NCBI GenBank assembly: GCA_002104905.1
Contig: MCFE01000026.1
Coordinates: 62,001 to 126,000, forward strand
Length of the DNA: 64,000 nt
Direction of reading: 5' to 3'
Origin: Basidiobolus meristosporus CBS 931.73
Lineage: Eukaryota; Fungi; Basidiobolomycota
Both the position numbers and the translations under genes were made by a program. Every line of letters starts with the position of its first letter. Positions within the stretch are counted from its first letter, which is position 1. The notes under the pieces are model-generated. The model saw only the letters and a program-made list of their open reading frames with translations. It did not search any database and was not told the origin of the DNA. This document shows, piece by piece, positions 50,278 to 62,325 of this stretch.

Positions 50278-51445
50278 TGTTGTAAATTAAGAAGTGATTT
50301 GATTATACGGAACTTATCAAGATATAGAAATAATAGCTGAACTGCTGTTTATTTGCAAAGAGGATCAGTATTTATACCTTTGTAGTAGTAATACAGCTTC
50401 AACACTAAGTAAGGAGAGTTTCTTAACATTCAGGAGCATTCTGTAGCAGTTTCAGGGTTAGTATATAATGTTTGGTAAAAAGCACTAATTTGTTCTTCAC
50501 TATGGGGGAATAATCATAGGATCATAGATGTGAAGAAACTGGCAAAGTTGGGGCTACAAATAAGTCCCACAGTGACCAAGACTAGTGTGGAATTGTTGAG
50601 TAAATTTTTAGCTGCTGAATGATACCAGAGAGTCCAAGATTTTAACACTCCCCCTCAACTAAATAATTTCTTAATCATGATTCCTCTCTGAGATTCTCAA
50701 ACTGTGGTCTAGCTAGTGGTTTTGTCAATATATCTGCCACCATTTTGTCAGTTGGACAGTAAACTAGCTCTACTGAGTAATTTTCTACAGCTTCCCTCAC
50801 AAAGTGGTTTTGTATATCTGTGTGCTTAGTTCTGGCACTTATTAGTAGGATTTCTAGCTAATGCGATACAACTTTGATTATCTTTGGAAATACGTGTTGG
50901 TTCATCTTACTTAAGGCCTGAGTCTTTGAATAATTTCCATAACCATATAGCCTCCTTAGTTGCTTGGCTAGCCGCCATTTATTCAGCTTCAGTTATAAGT
51001 AGTGCCACAGTTGGTTGTTTCCTGCAATTGCAAGAAATAGCTGCACCAGCATAAAGAAATACATACCCAGTGGTAGAGCATCTGTCAATCAGATCTCTAC
51101 CCCAATCTGAATCACTATAACCATCAAATTTCCACCTATTAGCTACTGCAGAATATTTAAGTACTATATTTATGGTATCTTGTAAATATCTGAAAATCTG
51201 CTCAACTGCTGAGATTTGAGCTGATCCATAATTTTTCATGAATTGACTGACTATTCCTACCACCACTGCAATATCAGGATGTGTAGACACCATCAAGTAT
51301 ATCAAGCTACCAACCATTGAATAGTAGGGAAAGTTTTGGTCTATATTTGAGCTGTTTTCACCTAAACTGGCTGAGATTTGCTCAATTTTAAATTATTGTC
51401 CATAGGGGTAGCTGCAGGCATGGAATTTTTCATTTTGAAGCCTCT
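50278..51445 (-). mobile_element. Copia family 2, 3' fragment (RT/RNase H relic, PPT, 3' LTR 50278-50647)
   Basis: GYSDSDWG...STTGYVF...KQPTVAL; PPT GAGGGGGAG next to the LTR; homologous to 62326-63500. Confidence 0.9.
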
Positions 51446-54384
51446 AAGGAGCTGCTGGAGCCTCAATAAAAGTCAGTTCAAGTTTTAGTGAAAACTACAC
51501 CAGCTAAACCCCCTACTCCTCTACAGCTCTTATATCAAGACTTGTAATATTGGTAGTAGCAATGACCAGAAGCCTCCATCCCAATGAAAGACAAAGTCCC
51601 CCTCAAGATGTCAGAAAATCAAGATTCAAAGAATGCTCTGAACAAATCCTGGCCCAGAACTAGCAAAACCTTGTCAAGAGCAAATCTAATGTGAACGTTG
51701 ATCAGTACCATGGTAAAGTCAATAAAAACCTTGGAAATTGGCTATTCCAGATTGAAGAAGCTTTGAAGGCTAAGGGAATTGCTTCAGAAAGCAAGTTGAA
51801 TTATGCAGCTTCTTACTCAAAAGTTACAGCTTTACAGTTGTGCCACAACAAGATAAAGTCATCCAACTTGATGGGATGCTCTATATTCTCTACCTGGGAC
51901 AAGTTTGTGTTTGAAATTCACAATGGTTTTGAACCCCCACACCAGCAGACACTACCAAGAAGGAAGTTGAAGACAATCAGTCAGAAAGGAATGGTTGACA
52001 AGTACTTCTATGAATATAGATGTCTATCTGGACAAATTGAATGAATGTACCCCCTGGATCAAGTTGAATACTTTGCTAATGGATTGAAAGAAATAACTTG
52101 AAAGGGAGTGAATTATCAAAGTCCTCACACTATTGAAAAAGCCATCAAGATTGGCATTGACTATGACTAAGCTATGTTTGGAATTGGGAAGCCCACAATG
52201 ACTAATTGGAGGGGCTACAATCACTGATAAGGGAGACAATCAGCAGCAGTACAAATGGAAATAGATGCTTTACAGAAGAATTACACCACTGAAGATGGTA
52301 AGAAGAAGGATTTTGTTTGCATCCAGCTGAAACATGTTGAAAGTACTACACTCAGAGAAGAAATGGACAGCAGTCAACAAGAACCTACAGCCTTATTGAA
52401 GCCCATGAGCATAGGAACATGGAGGATGAACTTAAAGAGGACTCAGAGCTTACCTTCCATATGACAGAAGAATACCTATCCCAAATGACCTCAATTGCAG
52501 GAAAGCTATCATACATGAATGGAGTAATCAATGGCGTACCTGCTAAGATCATAAATGCCTCAGGAGCATTGCATGAGTACATATCAAAGAAAACTGCCTT
52601 GAAAGCTGGAATTAACATAGCATATCAGAACTCATATCATTCCTTAGAAAAGTTTCCCATTATTAGAGATTTGTTAGGTCTTTAGCCAGTATTGCAACCT
52701 CTTTAACTGATACTCTCAAGAAAGACAACACCATGAAGTAGAACATAGCCTGTGAGATTGCCTTTCAGACTCTCAGGAATGAACTTGCTTAGCAGCCAAG
52801 CATAAGAATCCCAGACTTCAGAAAAGAGTTTACTCTGTGCACAGATGCTTCAGACTATGCAATTGGTGGAGTACTAGACCAAGAACATGAGGCAAATGAT
52901 ACCCTGTTGCTCTTGAGTCTAAGAAGTTGTTCTTTGCCTGGACTTAAAGCATGAGCTACACAATGAATATGGACATCTTTGAGATTATGGAATCTATAGC
53001 CTTGTGAAAGCCAGAGCATGGTGGCCCTGAATAAAACAAGATATTGCGAAGCAAGTGGAAACATGCCAAAATTGCCAAATCAACCAAGGCTAACCGCAGA
53101 GAATTGCCAAACTCTTTCACTTAGAGCCATTGAAACCAGTTGAGACATAAGAAATCAACTTTATTGGAAGATTGCAAACCCCCAGCAAATACAGCCATGG
53201 GATCCTAGCTGCAAGTGACCATGCCACTCAATGACCAGTGGCTAAAGTGGCACCTGCAGCCAGTGACAAGAAGTTGCATGTCTCCTCTACCAATAGATCC
53301 TTATGAAGTTTTGATACCCCACAGAAGTTTGATCCAATAGAGGAGCACACTTTATGGCAAAACATTGGAAGCTTACTTGGAAATTCAACAGATCAAGCAC
53401 CTGAAGACCTTGGCATATCACCTCAAAACTAATGGAGCCACTTAGCAGTTTAATGCTTAACTTGTAAAAATGCTGACCAAGGATGCATATGGAGCTGTCA
53501 GTAGATAGGATGAGTAAATAGACCAAGCACTTTTGGGCTGCAGAATTACAGTGCACAGCCCCACCCAACAATTGCCATTTTACTTAGTGTATGGAAGTGA
53601 ACCAAGGATTCCAGGAGTTTCCAAACAGCCAAAGCTTTCAGTCACCTTAGAAGATGAACTCAGTCAGCCAAATAGACACCAGCAGCTGGTACAAAGACAT
53701 CAAGAGGCACAGGCTAAACTAGCTTAAAGTGCAGCAAAGATGAAGCAGATACTTGATAATACTATGACACCAAATGCATTGACAGTTAGGAACTTTGTAT
53801 TGCTGAGAAACAATGCTGGGAAAATGCTTGACCTACACTGAACAGGACCACTTAAGATCATCAGAGAATGTCCATTTGCAATTTACCAACTAGTGGACAA
53901 ACAAGGGAATATACAAGAAAATTTAGTTTGTCAATACAGACTCAAGCTGGCATGACTTGCTGACAATACTGAACCATCAAGTTATTGGTATTAAATGAAA
54001 AGAGATTCAGGAGAATGTTAGGATCTGCTGCTTTGATGTTCACAATAACTCAGTTTTTAGTCAAATCAATTAGTTGTGTGTTTGGCGTATCAGTATATCA
54101 GTGTTATCTATTATATCAGTAGCACTAGTCAGTTAATGCATCCGCAGATCCTTATCAGACAGAAATGGACATATTGAGTAGGATCTAATTGGGTGATGAT
54201 GATGCAATCAAATGACTCCTAAGCCACAGCCCACATTAGGAAATACATTTAGTCTTCTATTGATCTAGCAAAATGTATAAAAGGAGCTGCTGAAACCTCA
54301 ATAAAAATCATTTCAAGTTTTATTGAATACAGTACTAGCCAAACATCCTATTCCTCTACAACTCTCATGTCAAGATTTGTGACA
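51446..54384 (+). mobile_element. Internally deleted, decayed Ty3 family-A copy (partial 5' LTR, PBS, gag, PR, RH and IN fragments, 3' LTR 54016-54384)
   Basis: TGGTAGTAGC PBS near 51551; gag frame 51691-52044; sequence jumps from protease to the RT end near 52617 and from RNase H to integrase near 52925. Confidence 0.88.
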
Positions 54385-55690
54385 TAGCTACCAAGTGTGG
54401 AAGGTGAAGATGAAAATACAGCTTCAACAAAGATGCCTTTAGGATATAGCCATGGGAGAAGAATACCCTCCTCAAAATACAGAGGAGGAAGCCTCAAAGT
54501 ACCAGAACAAAGAACAAAGTGCCTTTAACTGCATCTGCCTCAATGCAAAAGACAAATTGCTTTTCAAAGCTCAAGAGCAAATACAGCAAAGAACGCCTGA
54601 AAGGCATTAGAAGACACATACCAGTCATGTTCAGCTGCTACAAAAATGCATCTCAGACAAATATTCTTTGACACACAGATGTTGCCAGGAATAAGAGCAA
54701 AAAACTAATTAACAGAATTACCCTGCAGGTGGACCAGATGTAATCTGTGGGCATACTATCAACCAATGAGGATGTAACAGGTACTATCCTGAATAGCCTC
54801 ACAGATAGGCTGTAAGGCATGTAACATCCCTAGAGTGCAGAACCAGAGAAATAATCTTAAATTACATAGTTGTAAGGCTCCTTGAAAAATTTAGAAAATC
54901 TAGCACCAACAAGAAGGAAAAAGAAAATGCATTAATAAACAACTATAGGTAACAAAGGAGGTATCTAAAATTCTTTAGAGGTAATAGCAACCTGTTTTGT
55001 AGCTATTGCGCAAGGAACTACACACATCAGACTGGTGCCTTAAGGAGAGATATTGTCAGCAGAAAAAGCTAGAATGATGACTGGAGATAGACTATTCTTC
55101 TCTGCACTAATTACTGTTGAAATATTGGACTATTTGGTATCATTCAGCAGCTAAAAATTTACTTAACAATTCTAGGCTAGTCTTAGTCACTGTAGGACTC
55201 ATTTACCGGCTTAACTTTGCCACTTTCTCCAGATATATGATCTTATGATTATTCCCCTATAGTCAGGATCAAATTAGCACTATTACCAAACATTATGTAC
55301 TAACCCTGAAACTGTTACAGAATGCTCCTGAATATTGAGAAACCCTCCCTACTTAGTGTTGCAGCTGTATTACTTCTACAAAGGTATAAATACTGAGCTT
55401 CTTTATGAATAAACAACAGTTCAACTATTATCACTATTTCTTGATAAGTTCCTTATATCCAAATCACTTCTTAAATTGCAACAATTACAACCACAAACAA
55501 GGATTCTCAGATATGGTATATTAGCTTTACAACCTCTCAACACTTTAAACACCAGTAAATAACTCTTACCCAATGTCAAAATCCATTTAAGAGGGACTTC
55601 ATAGGTGGCAATATAGTTCTAAGTGCAGTGGGAGAAGGAACAATGCAAGTAAGCCTTAGAGGTGGTGAAGAAAGCAATACATGTACCTTC
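54385..55690 (+). mobile_element. Decayed copia family-1 gag/protease relic
   Basis: CCAAGTGTGGAAGGTGAAGATGAA and ACCACAAACAAGGATTCTCAGAT match 18567 and 19312 of the copia-1 element. Confidence 0.85.
55115..55483 (+). mobile_element. Solo LTR of copia family 2 with 5-bp TSD ATTAC, nested in copia-1 gag
   Basis: TGTTG...CAACA, 369 bp; ATTAC at 55110-55114 and 55484-55488; reverse complement of the LTRs at 50278 and 62326. Confidence 0.92.
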
Positions 55691-55699
55691 TACCCTATG

Positions 55700-58600
55700 A
55701 AAAATTGTTGAACTGATCCTGTTGAAAGGCCTTCACAAAGTTAAGGTCCTGTGACTAAGAGGTACTGAATCTGTTAAGACACAATCCAGAGACCCTTGAA
55801 AAATAATGGTGCCCCAGATTTCACAAGCAACTTGGTCAAAATTCTTCATCACAATAGTTTGTAGGTGGCATTTGTTTGGCTCCCTGCCAGTTTGCTCACT
55901 TTCTGATCCCAGACACTCTATCACCTCCCATGATTGTGTGCATTGATTAGCTATTGCCTCTTTTTGACATTCTTTACTTCCTAACTCAATCATTTCTTTT
56001 ACTTTTCATGTGTACAACTTGATTTATTTCCGTTGAAACTTCTGTTGTACCTTAGCTGCCATTTATATTAACCTATACAAGTCCCTATACCCTACATTAA
56101 CATTAAGCCCAACTCCACATACAACAAGTAACTCCATTAAAATCCACCACCCAATAAGTATTTCTACTGCAATGCTCAGGTTCCACAACCATGGCTGGAA
56201 CCCAGCTGCTTTATGCCACTGCTCACTCACTGGTTCCCACACTTCCAGGCCTTCAGCCAGCACTGCAAGATCTAGCACATCATCTGCCAGTTTTTGCAAT
56301 AAATCCTTGCAGTATTAAAGTGATTTTCTTCAGCACAGCTCTTGAAGACATGCAGCAACCTCTTGGTGTGCCTATTAATGTTCCAAAATTCCACTGAAGG
56401 CATTGTGTAAGTCTTTCAAGCTCTGGAAGTTGTAGCCTTGTCTGTCAGTGGGATCTCCACTCTGTCAACAATGGAGAATGTGGAGGCTGCGGTAGACAAG
56501 TTGCCTTTTTCAGCAAACTCATCTACCTTGCAGGAGAGTAGCTCAACTAGCAGCACTTTCAACTCTTATGAAAACAGCTGTTTTCTAGTTGGTAATTCTT
56601 CTTGACTATGATGGTATTCAGTCTGATGCAGACTTGCTGCATTAATTGGCAAGAACTGCAGGTTTTCTTGCATGCCTCCCTGTCTCAGGTTTGGGTAGAC
56701 ATTCTTCCCTTTACCTTTACCTTTATCACTGGCAGCTCTTTTACTGCTCCTTTGTCTTAGTGATTCTTGTAAAGATCTATGTTTTCTCCTTGATAAGTTC
56801 TGCTCTGATGAATCTATTTTGGCCTGCTTGTCCCTAGCTGGCACTCTTCTAGCAACCTGACATTTCTTTTCTGCTTGTTTTGAGCTCTCAACTGTAGTTG
56901 TGACAGGCCCCTGTAAAAGCCACTGGTTTTTATTACTGCCAGGTCCTTCACTGCTACCTTGACTGGGTGCTTCTTGTGTGGTACTGGGCTTTTTCCATGA
57001 TAAATGTTGTGCTGGTGCATTTGTGTCTGCCTGCTTGTTCCTAATTGGCACTCTTCCGGCTACCAGAAATCTCTTTGATGCTTGTCAGGAGCTTTTGACC
57101 CTGCTTGTAATGGGCTCTTGAGGAAGCCTCTGGTTTTTAGCCATGGCACCCTTGTTCTTCTGCCATTGATAGTTTCTGCTATTCTTAAGATACTTTTGTA
57201 ATATACCCATGATGGCCCAAAAACTGTTTGCCTGTTTGCATCCAGGATAATGCTCATGGAACAAGTCAAGTGCATTCTGCTTGGCCTTGATTTCCTGATG
57301 GTCCCATGGTATGCTGGCCTTAAGGTGATGGCATGCTAGACTTCTGACAGCCTCTTGTACATTTGCCCACTCATCATTATTGCACTCAATGGCTTAACAT
57401 ATCTTCAATGTCTTTTGATTTTAGGCTTTGGTATATGCACCACATTGTCTCCCTCCCATGCTGTGATAGGTTTTTCTGTGGGCTTTATCTTTGGGGACTG
57501 TTGGTGTGCTTCAAAGATTGAACAGTATTCCTTGGCTGTTACATTGGGACATGGCTCAATTCTTGGCTGTGACATTGAGCTACTTGAGTTCCTCCTTTGC
57601 AGCAAAGATACTGCTTTCTCTACCTGGGATATTGATTGCTCTACACATATTATCTGCTCATCTTGTTTCTGAACTATTTCCTGACTTCTCTTGGCCATTA
57701 CATCTATCCTATCAGCCACTGCACCTAATTACTTCATTAATGCTTTGGTATGAGCTGACAACATGCTTGATCATATGGGCAGTGGTGATATTATCATGGC
57801 CACTTGCCAATCTTTAACTGAGGGTACTGTGTTTTCTATGTTCTCATCTGCCTGAGCATAACGGTCAGCTTGTGGCTCCACAAAGGTTCTCATTTGCCTA
57901 CTTGACTGAGAGCCTGAGGAGTCTGCATTATCACTTTCAATGGGCACACTGTCCACAAGGCCTTTTTGAATGTAGCCACACTTGTTGCACCAAATGTTAA
58001 AGCAAACTGTTGTCCAACCGCTCTTCTGTTGCTGCCAGAAGTGGGGTTAGGTCAGGAACCAGCCAACATTGCTTTATTTTTGGCAGCATATATATGGAAG
58101 TGAGGCAAACCAAAGAGGAAATAGTGTTGCATATATGTTTGTATGTGGTGCCACAGCTTTATTTATAATGCTTACAATGGTAGGTTGTCACTGAATCTTA
58201 CATTCATGTAGGTGCAATGTCTCAAATATATGACTGTCTTAAGTGCACATGGGTATTGACCAAATTGTGATATAATAGCATTACAATGCTGGAGGTCAAA
58301 CTGTTTGCCCCATGGACAAGACTACTTTGACCCAATGCCATAAGAGAAAAGAAAAAAGACCATGTGGCTATTGTGGCAAGCCTCTCAGTCATGAAGCACA
58401 CAGACAGCACAGAAAGTATTACAAGGATCATTGCCAGTGTTTTGCCACCCAAGTCATATTTGACCATTCATTGATCACTGAAGTATCAACATTATCTTGC
58501 TGGCCTGTTGATACTTCTGTATTGGCACCTGGCCATATTTGGCACCTTGCGCAAACTGAGTCAGGTGAGTTTGTGGTGCCTTTAGGACCACCTCAGCCTT

Positions 58601-60678
58601 CTGTATATGGCACGCAGAGTGATTGCTCTGACAAAGAAGGCTCACTAGTAGATTTTGAGCCCATCTCCCCTAACAACAGTACCATTTATGAGTGCAGTCA
58701 AATCCCATTATGCAACATGAAAACACCTGGTGAAACAAATGCCAAGGACACTTTATGAAGGCAAGTGAACCTAGTAATCTATCTGCTGGTGAATGATGTA
58801 ATGATGTGGCTAAGAAGTTGCAAGCAAGGGCTACTTTGAAGGTATGTATGACCCTACCTTTGCTTTAGCACTTGATGGATTCTCATTAAACAAGTACTCT
58901 ACCAGCAGATCCTGCTAGCCACTGATTCTCATCAACCTCAATCTGCCACCCATCTTACAGCTTCAGAGAGATAATCTGATGATAGTCTCACTGGTATCTG
59001 GGCCAAAATCACTGTCCAACCCAGATAGCTACCAGTATCCATTGCTGTATGAATTTTGTATGCTTTCCAGTAGGATAACAGTAAATGGCCATTATGAAAA
59101 AGCGCATATGATTATTTGCATTGAAACTACGCCAGCCATCAGCAAGATGGCTGGTTATTCCAGGCACAATGGATGGTATTACTGTCACATGGGTGAGATC
59201 CAGGGTGTTTACTCCATAACTCACTCACATTATTATTGCCCACACACCAGCACCAAGATTATCATATTTGGGTTAGGGCTAAGAACATCATCTATCCACT
59301 GAGAGAATGTACAGAAGTAAGCATGCAACTGCAGCAAAGTTGGCAAGCTATAAGCCATTTGCCAGAGTTTGGAATAGATTAAAACCAGAGATACTTAATA
59401 CAGAGGGTATCTGATGGAGCAAAAGCTTACACTGAGAGCAATGCATTTGCTTTTAACAATATTCCAATACTGATGACCAAGTTGTACATGGGGTATTTCA
59501 AGCAAAATAAGCCCTTTGAGATACTGGAGAATTTTGAAAGAATTGGCAAGATATTACAGAGTATCCACTACCCTAAGTACTTCTCACAGGCTCCAATGAA
59601 TATTCATATGCACATGTAACAATACAAATGTAAAGACAAGATGAACTGAATATGTGTTCATTCAATTGGTGATCTGAAGCCATTTCTACCAAGAGTACAT
59701 TGGAATCATTGGGAGTCATAAGTAGACATTGTAGAAATATCTATCCAGAAGCAGATCACCAATGCTCACTTGATACATATACAGCTGTTGCGTGAGGAGT
59801 TTGTGACAGGATTTGAGCGGCTATACACAAACATAAAGCTGAACATGTAAATCTCTTCTGCTACTGTATCCAATCTCTACTCCATCTTGCAGAGTGTGTG
59901 GAGAATGTTGGGCCTTGATTCACCTTTAGGGAGTTTCCTATGGAGCAGATGTGTGGGGAGATAGGAAGACAAGTCAAGTTGCAGGTACCACCATATCCCA
60001 ATCTCATCAAGAATATTACCTTCAAGTCTCTCATGGATGTGATCAGTTAGCTCATAGAGGACAGGCAGGAAGAGTAGGAAAATACTGAGGACAGATATGC
60101 ACATGGAGACACATATGCCAATGCCATTAAGAAGCTAAGCAGCCCCAATGCATGGGTAATCAGTTAAGTAATGCAAAGTTGGGTTGGGAGCAACAAGCAA
60201 CTAATTTCTGTTAGGATAACTCTACCAAGATATGCCAGATTTCTCATGGCCACAAGCTAACTGCTACACCAATCAATACAGAAGTCATACAAACCAAAGC
60301 CAGAGTGCACCTTTAAGGGGGACTAGAATCCAGCAGGGAGAAGGAATCTATTGACTAAGCACCAAGAAGTTCTTTGAGGATATTCAGAAAGCATTTATGG
60401 GAGAAGTGGCAACAACCAAGCATATGTTTGCAAGATGTATATGTTACCAGCAATACTAGGTATAGGGCAATTTTGCAAGTATTCCACTAAAGAGCCATAA
60501 AGTTGAGGTGATAGAAGTATGTCAATTGCGGCAGGTGTGCACCTTTGTTGAGGTTACTAAGCAGGATGCCATAGTTTTTTTGATTTGAACTGTATGTGGA
60601 ATACCCAAGGTAGTAGTGGGTAAGCAAATAAAAAGGGGTGATTCTAGTGTTGGTGAAGCCTGGACTGATGGGTGCCAG
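55700..60678. mobile_element. Decayed CACTA/CMC-like DNA transposon: transposase relic on + (about 58300-60100) and divergent accessory gene relic on - (about 58120-55750); ends not defined
   Basis: VSGPKSLSNPDSYQYPLLYEF...PAISKMAGYSRHNGWYYCHMGEIQG (Tnp2-like) and HLAECVENVGP..FPMEQMCGEIG..PYPNL (DUF4218-like). Confidence 0.75.
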
Positions 60679-61472
60679 AGTAGTGGGGTCACAGTGACAC
60701 CCACTGACAGATGTGCTCATTCCCATATTTTCTACTTCCCTATTTCTCTACTACACTTATTTTAATTTTATCCCATTTGTCTTACTTCATCAATACTATC
60801 CCATAAGCCGGCCAACTATCACATCTGCTTACCTTATTGTATAAGTTATCCCTCACTTATATAAGATTACTAGCTGTAAGTGCTTCTATATTGTGTAAGT
60901 ACTCATGCCAGTACCTGTGACACATAATCAACCTGTGTCACCATCCCTACCATTTCTATACCAATATATGGTATCCCTATGTTACACAGGTTTCAGAGCA
61001 CTGATCCCTGATTGGTTGGATATGTGTGCCTCCTAGAACCTTCCAGCACCTATTTAGAATACTCTTAGCTCATTCTGATTTCATTGAGACTTCTATTGTT
61101 CACTGGAACCTTCTGGAACACCATGATTAGTAATAACCAAGTCAGTGAGAACAGTCTATAAGGGAGGCAATCTCTCAACAATAAATCATCATCCCTTTTA
61201 TCAATATATTGACTTGCTTATTAGTGTGATCACTTCTACCTGCTGCTACCTGAACTTCCATGCTGACAGCCAACTGTCCTTGGAAGCACTACTTGGGAGG
61301 AATGCTCAGATTAGGTATCTTTTCTTATATTTGATTCTTTCCCAAGTTTGTTCTTGTACAAGCTTCAATACTTTTCTGTCTTTGTAACTATTGAATACAG
61401 CTGCATTCTTATCAAGTCCCTGCTGGTGGAGTTTACAGTTGTTTTGACTTTGGAAGCTTTGGTACATTGTCA
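60679..61472 (+). mobile_element. Third, more diverged and 3'-truncated LTR-B copy
   Basis: (A)GTAGTGGGGTCACAGTGACACCCACTGACAG colinear with 40551 onward to about TACATTGTCATCT. Confidence 0.85.
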
Positions 61473-62325
61473 TCTATTGTGTTGTATTTTGATTAGTTTG
61501 GGGCTTGTTCTACAATGTTGAGGCTAATTAACAATATACAACAACTCTCAGTATGCTAACACTGAAGTGGTTTATTGGGAGTTTGATATACCAATAGATG
61601 ATATAGCTTTCACTAATATGCTCAATCTCAAGCTCAAGATATACTATAGGCAGTGTTTCTCACTTCTACAGCAGTGTTCCAACCTTCCGTTAACTAATGG
61701 GCTTATTTACTCTCATAGTAATGTTTCCTTATCTGGATATCATTTTTCTTACTGAGAGAATATTTCCAAATAAGGAAATTCTGAACTCTCCTCTAACCTA
61801 AAGGGGTGTGTTGTAGTGGTCTCTAATGGGGTGTCTAAAGGGGTATCTAAGAGCAAAGGGGCTTCTTGTAGTTGTCTCTAGAGTGGACTTTGCACTAAAG
61901 GGATACCTAAAGGGGCATCTTTAGAGTACAAAGGTTTCTTAAAGGGGTCTCTAAAGGGGTCTTTAGACTAAAGGGGTGTCTAAAGGGGCGTCTTTAGAGT
62001 ACAGGGGCTTCATAGAGGGGACTCTTTCAGCAGAAAAGTGGTAGTTTCTTGTAGAACTTAGACTTTATTCTTGTGAGCTTTGCAGTCTCCTTACTTATGT
62101 AGTACTGATCAAAGTCAGAATACTCAACAGTGAAAGTGATGCCGGGGATGTCTTAAAACATTTAAGCTTGTAATTGTAGTGTGGAGATTCTGGAAAGAGA
62201 GGCACTCCTTTATTTTTCAGCTGGGGAAGTCACATATATGAAATTTCTGTAGGATCAAAGTTTTTGGGCAATTGCGCAAGCAATACACATGATACAAATC
62301 TAAAACTTTGCAGCAAAGCAGACCA
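61473..62325. repeat. Unclassified dispersed repeat (family C), copy 2, with a 12-bp TAAAGGGGTNTC array
   Basis: About 11 GGGG runs in 61800-62030; homologous to 37870-38900. Confidence 0.6.

Noticed and set aside
61800-62030. Interstitial telomere repeat
   Set aside because: The units are irregular 12-mers (TAAAGGGG core) rather than tandem TTAGGG, and sit within a dispersed repeat.
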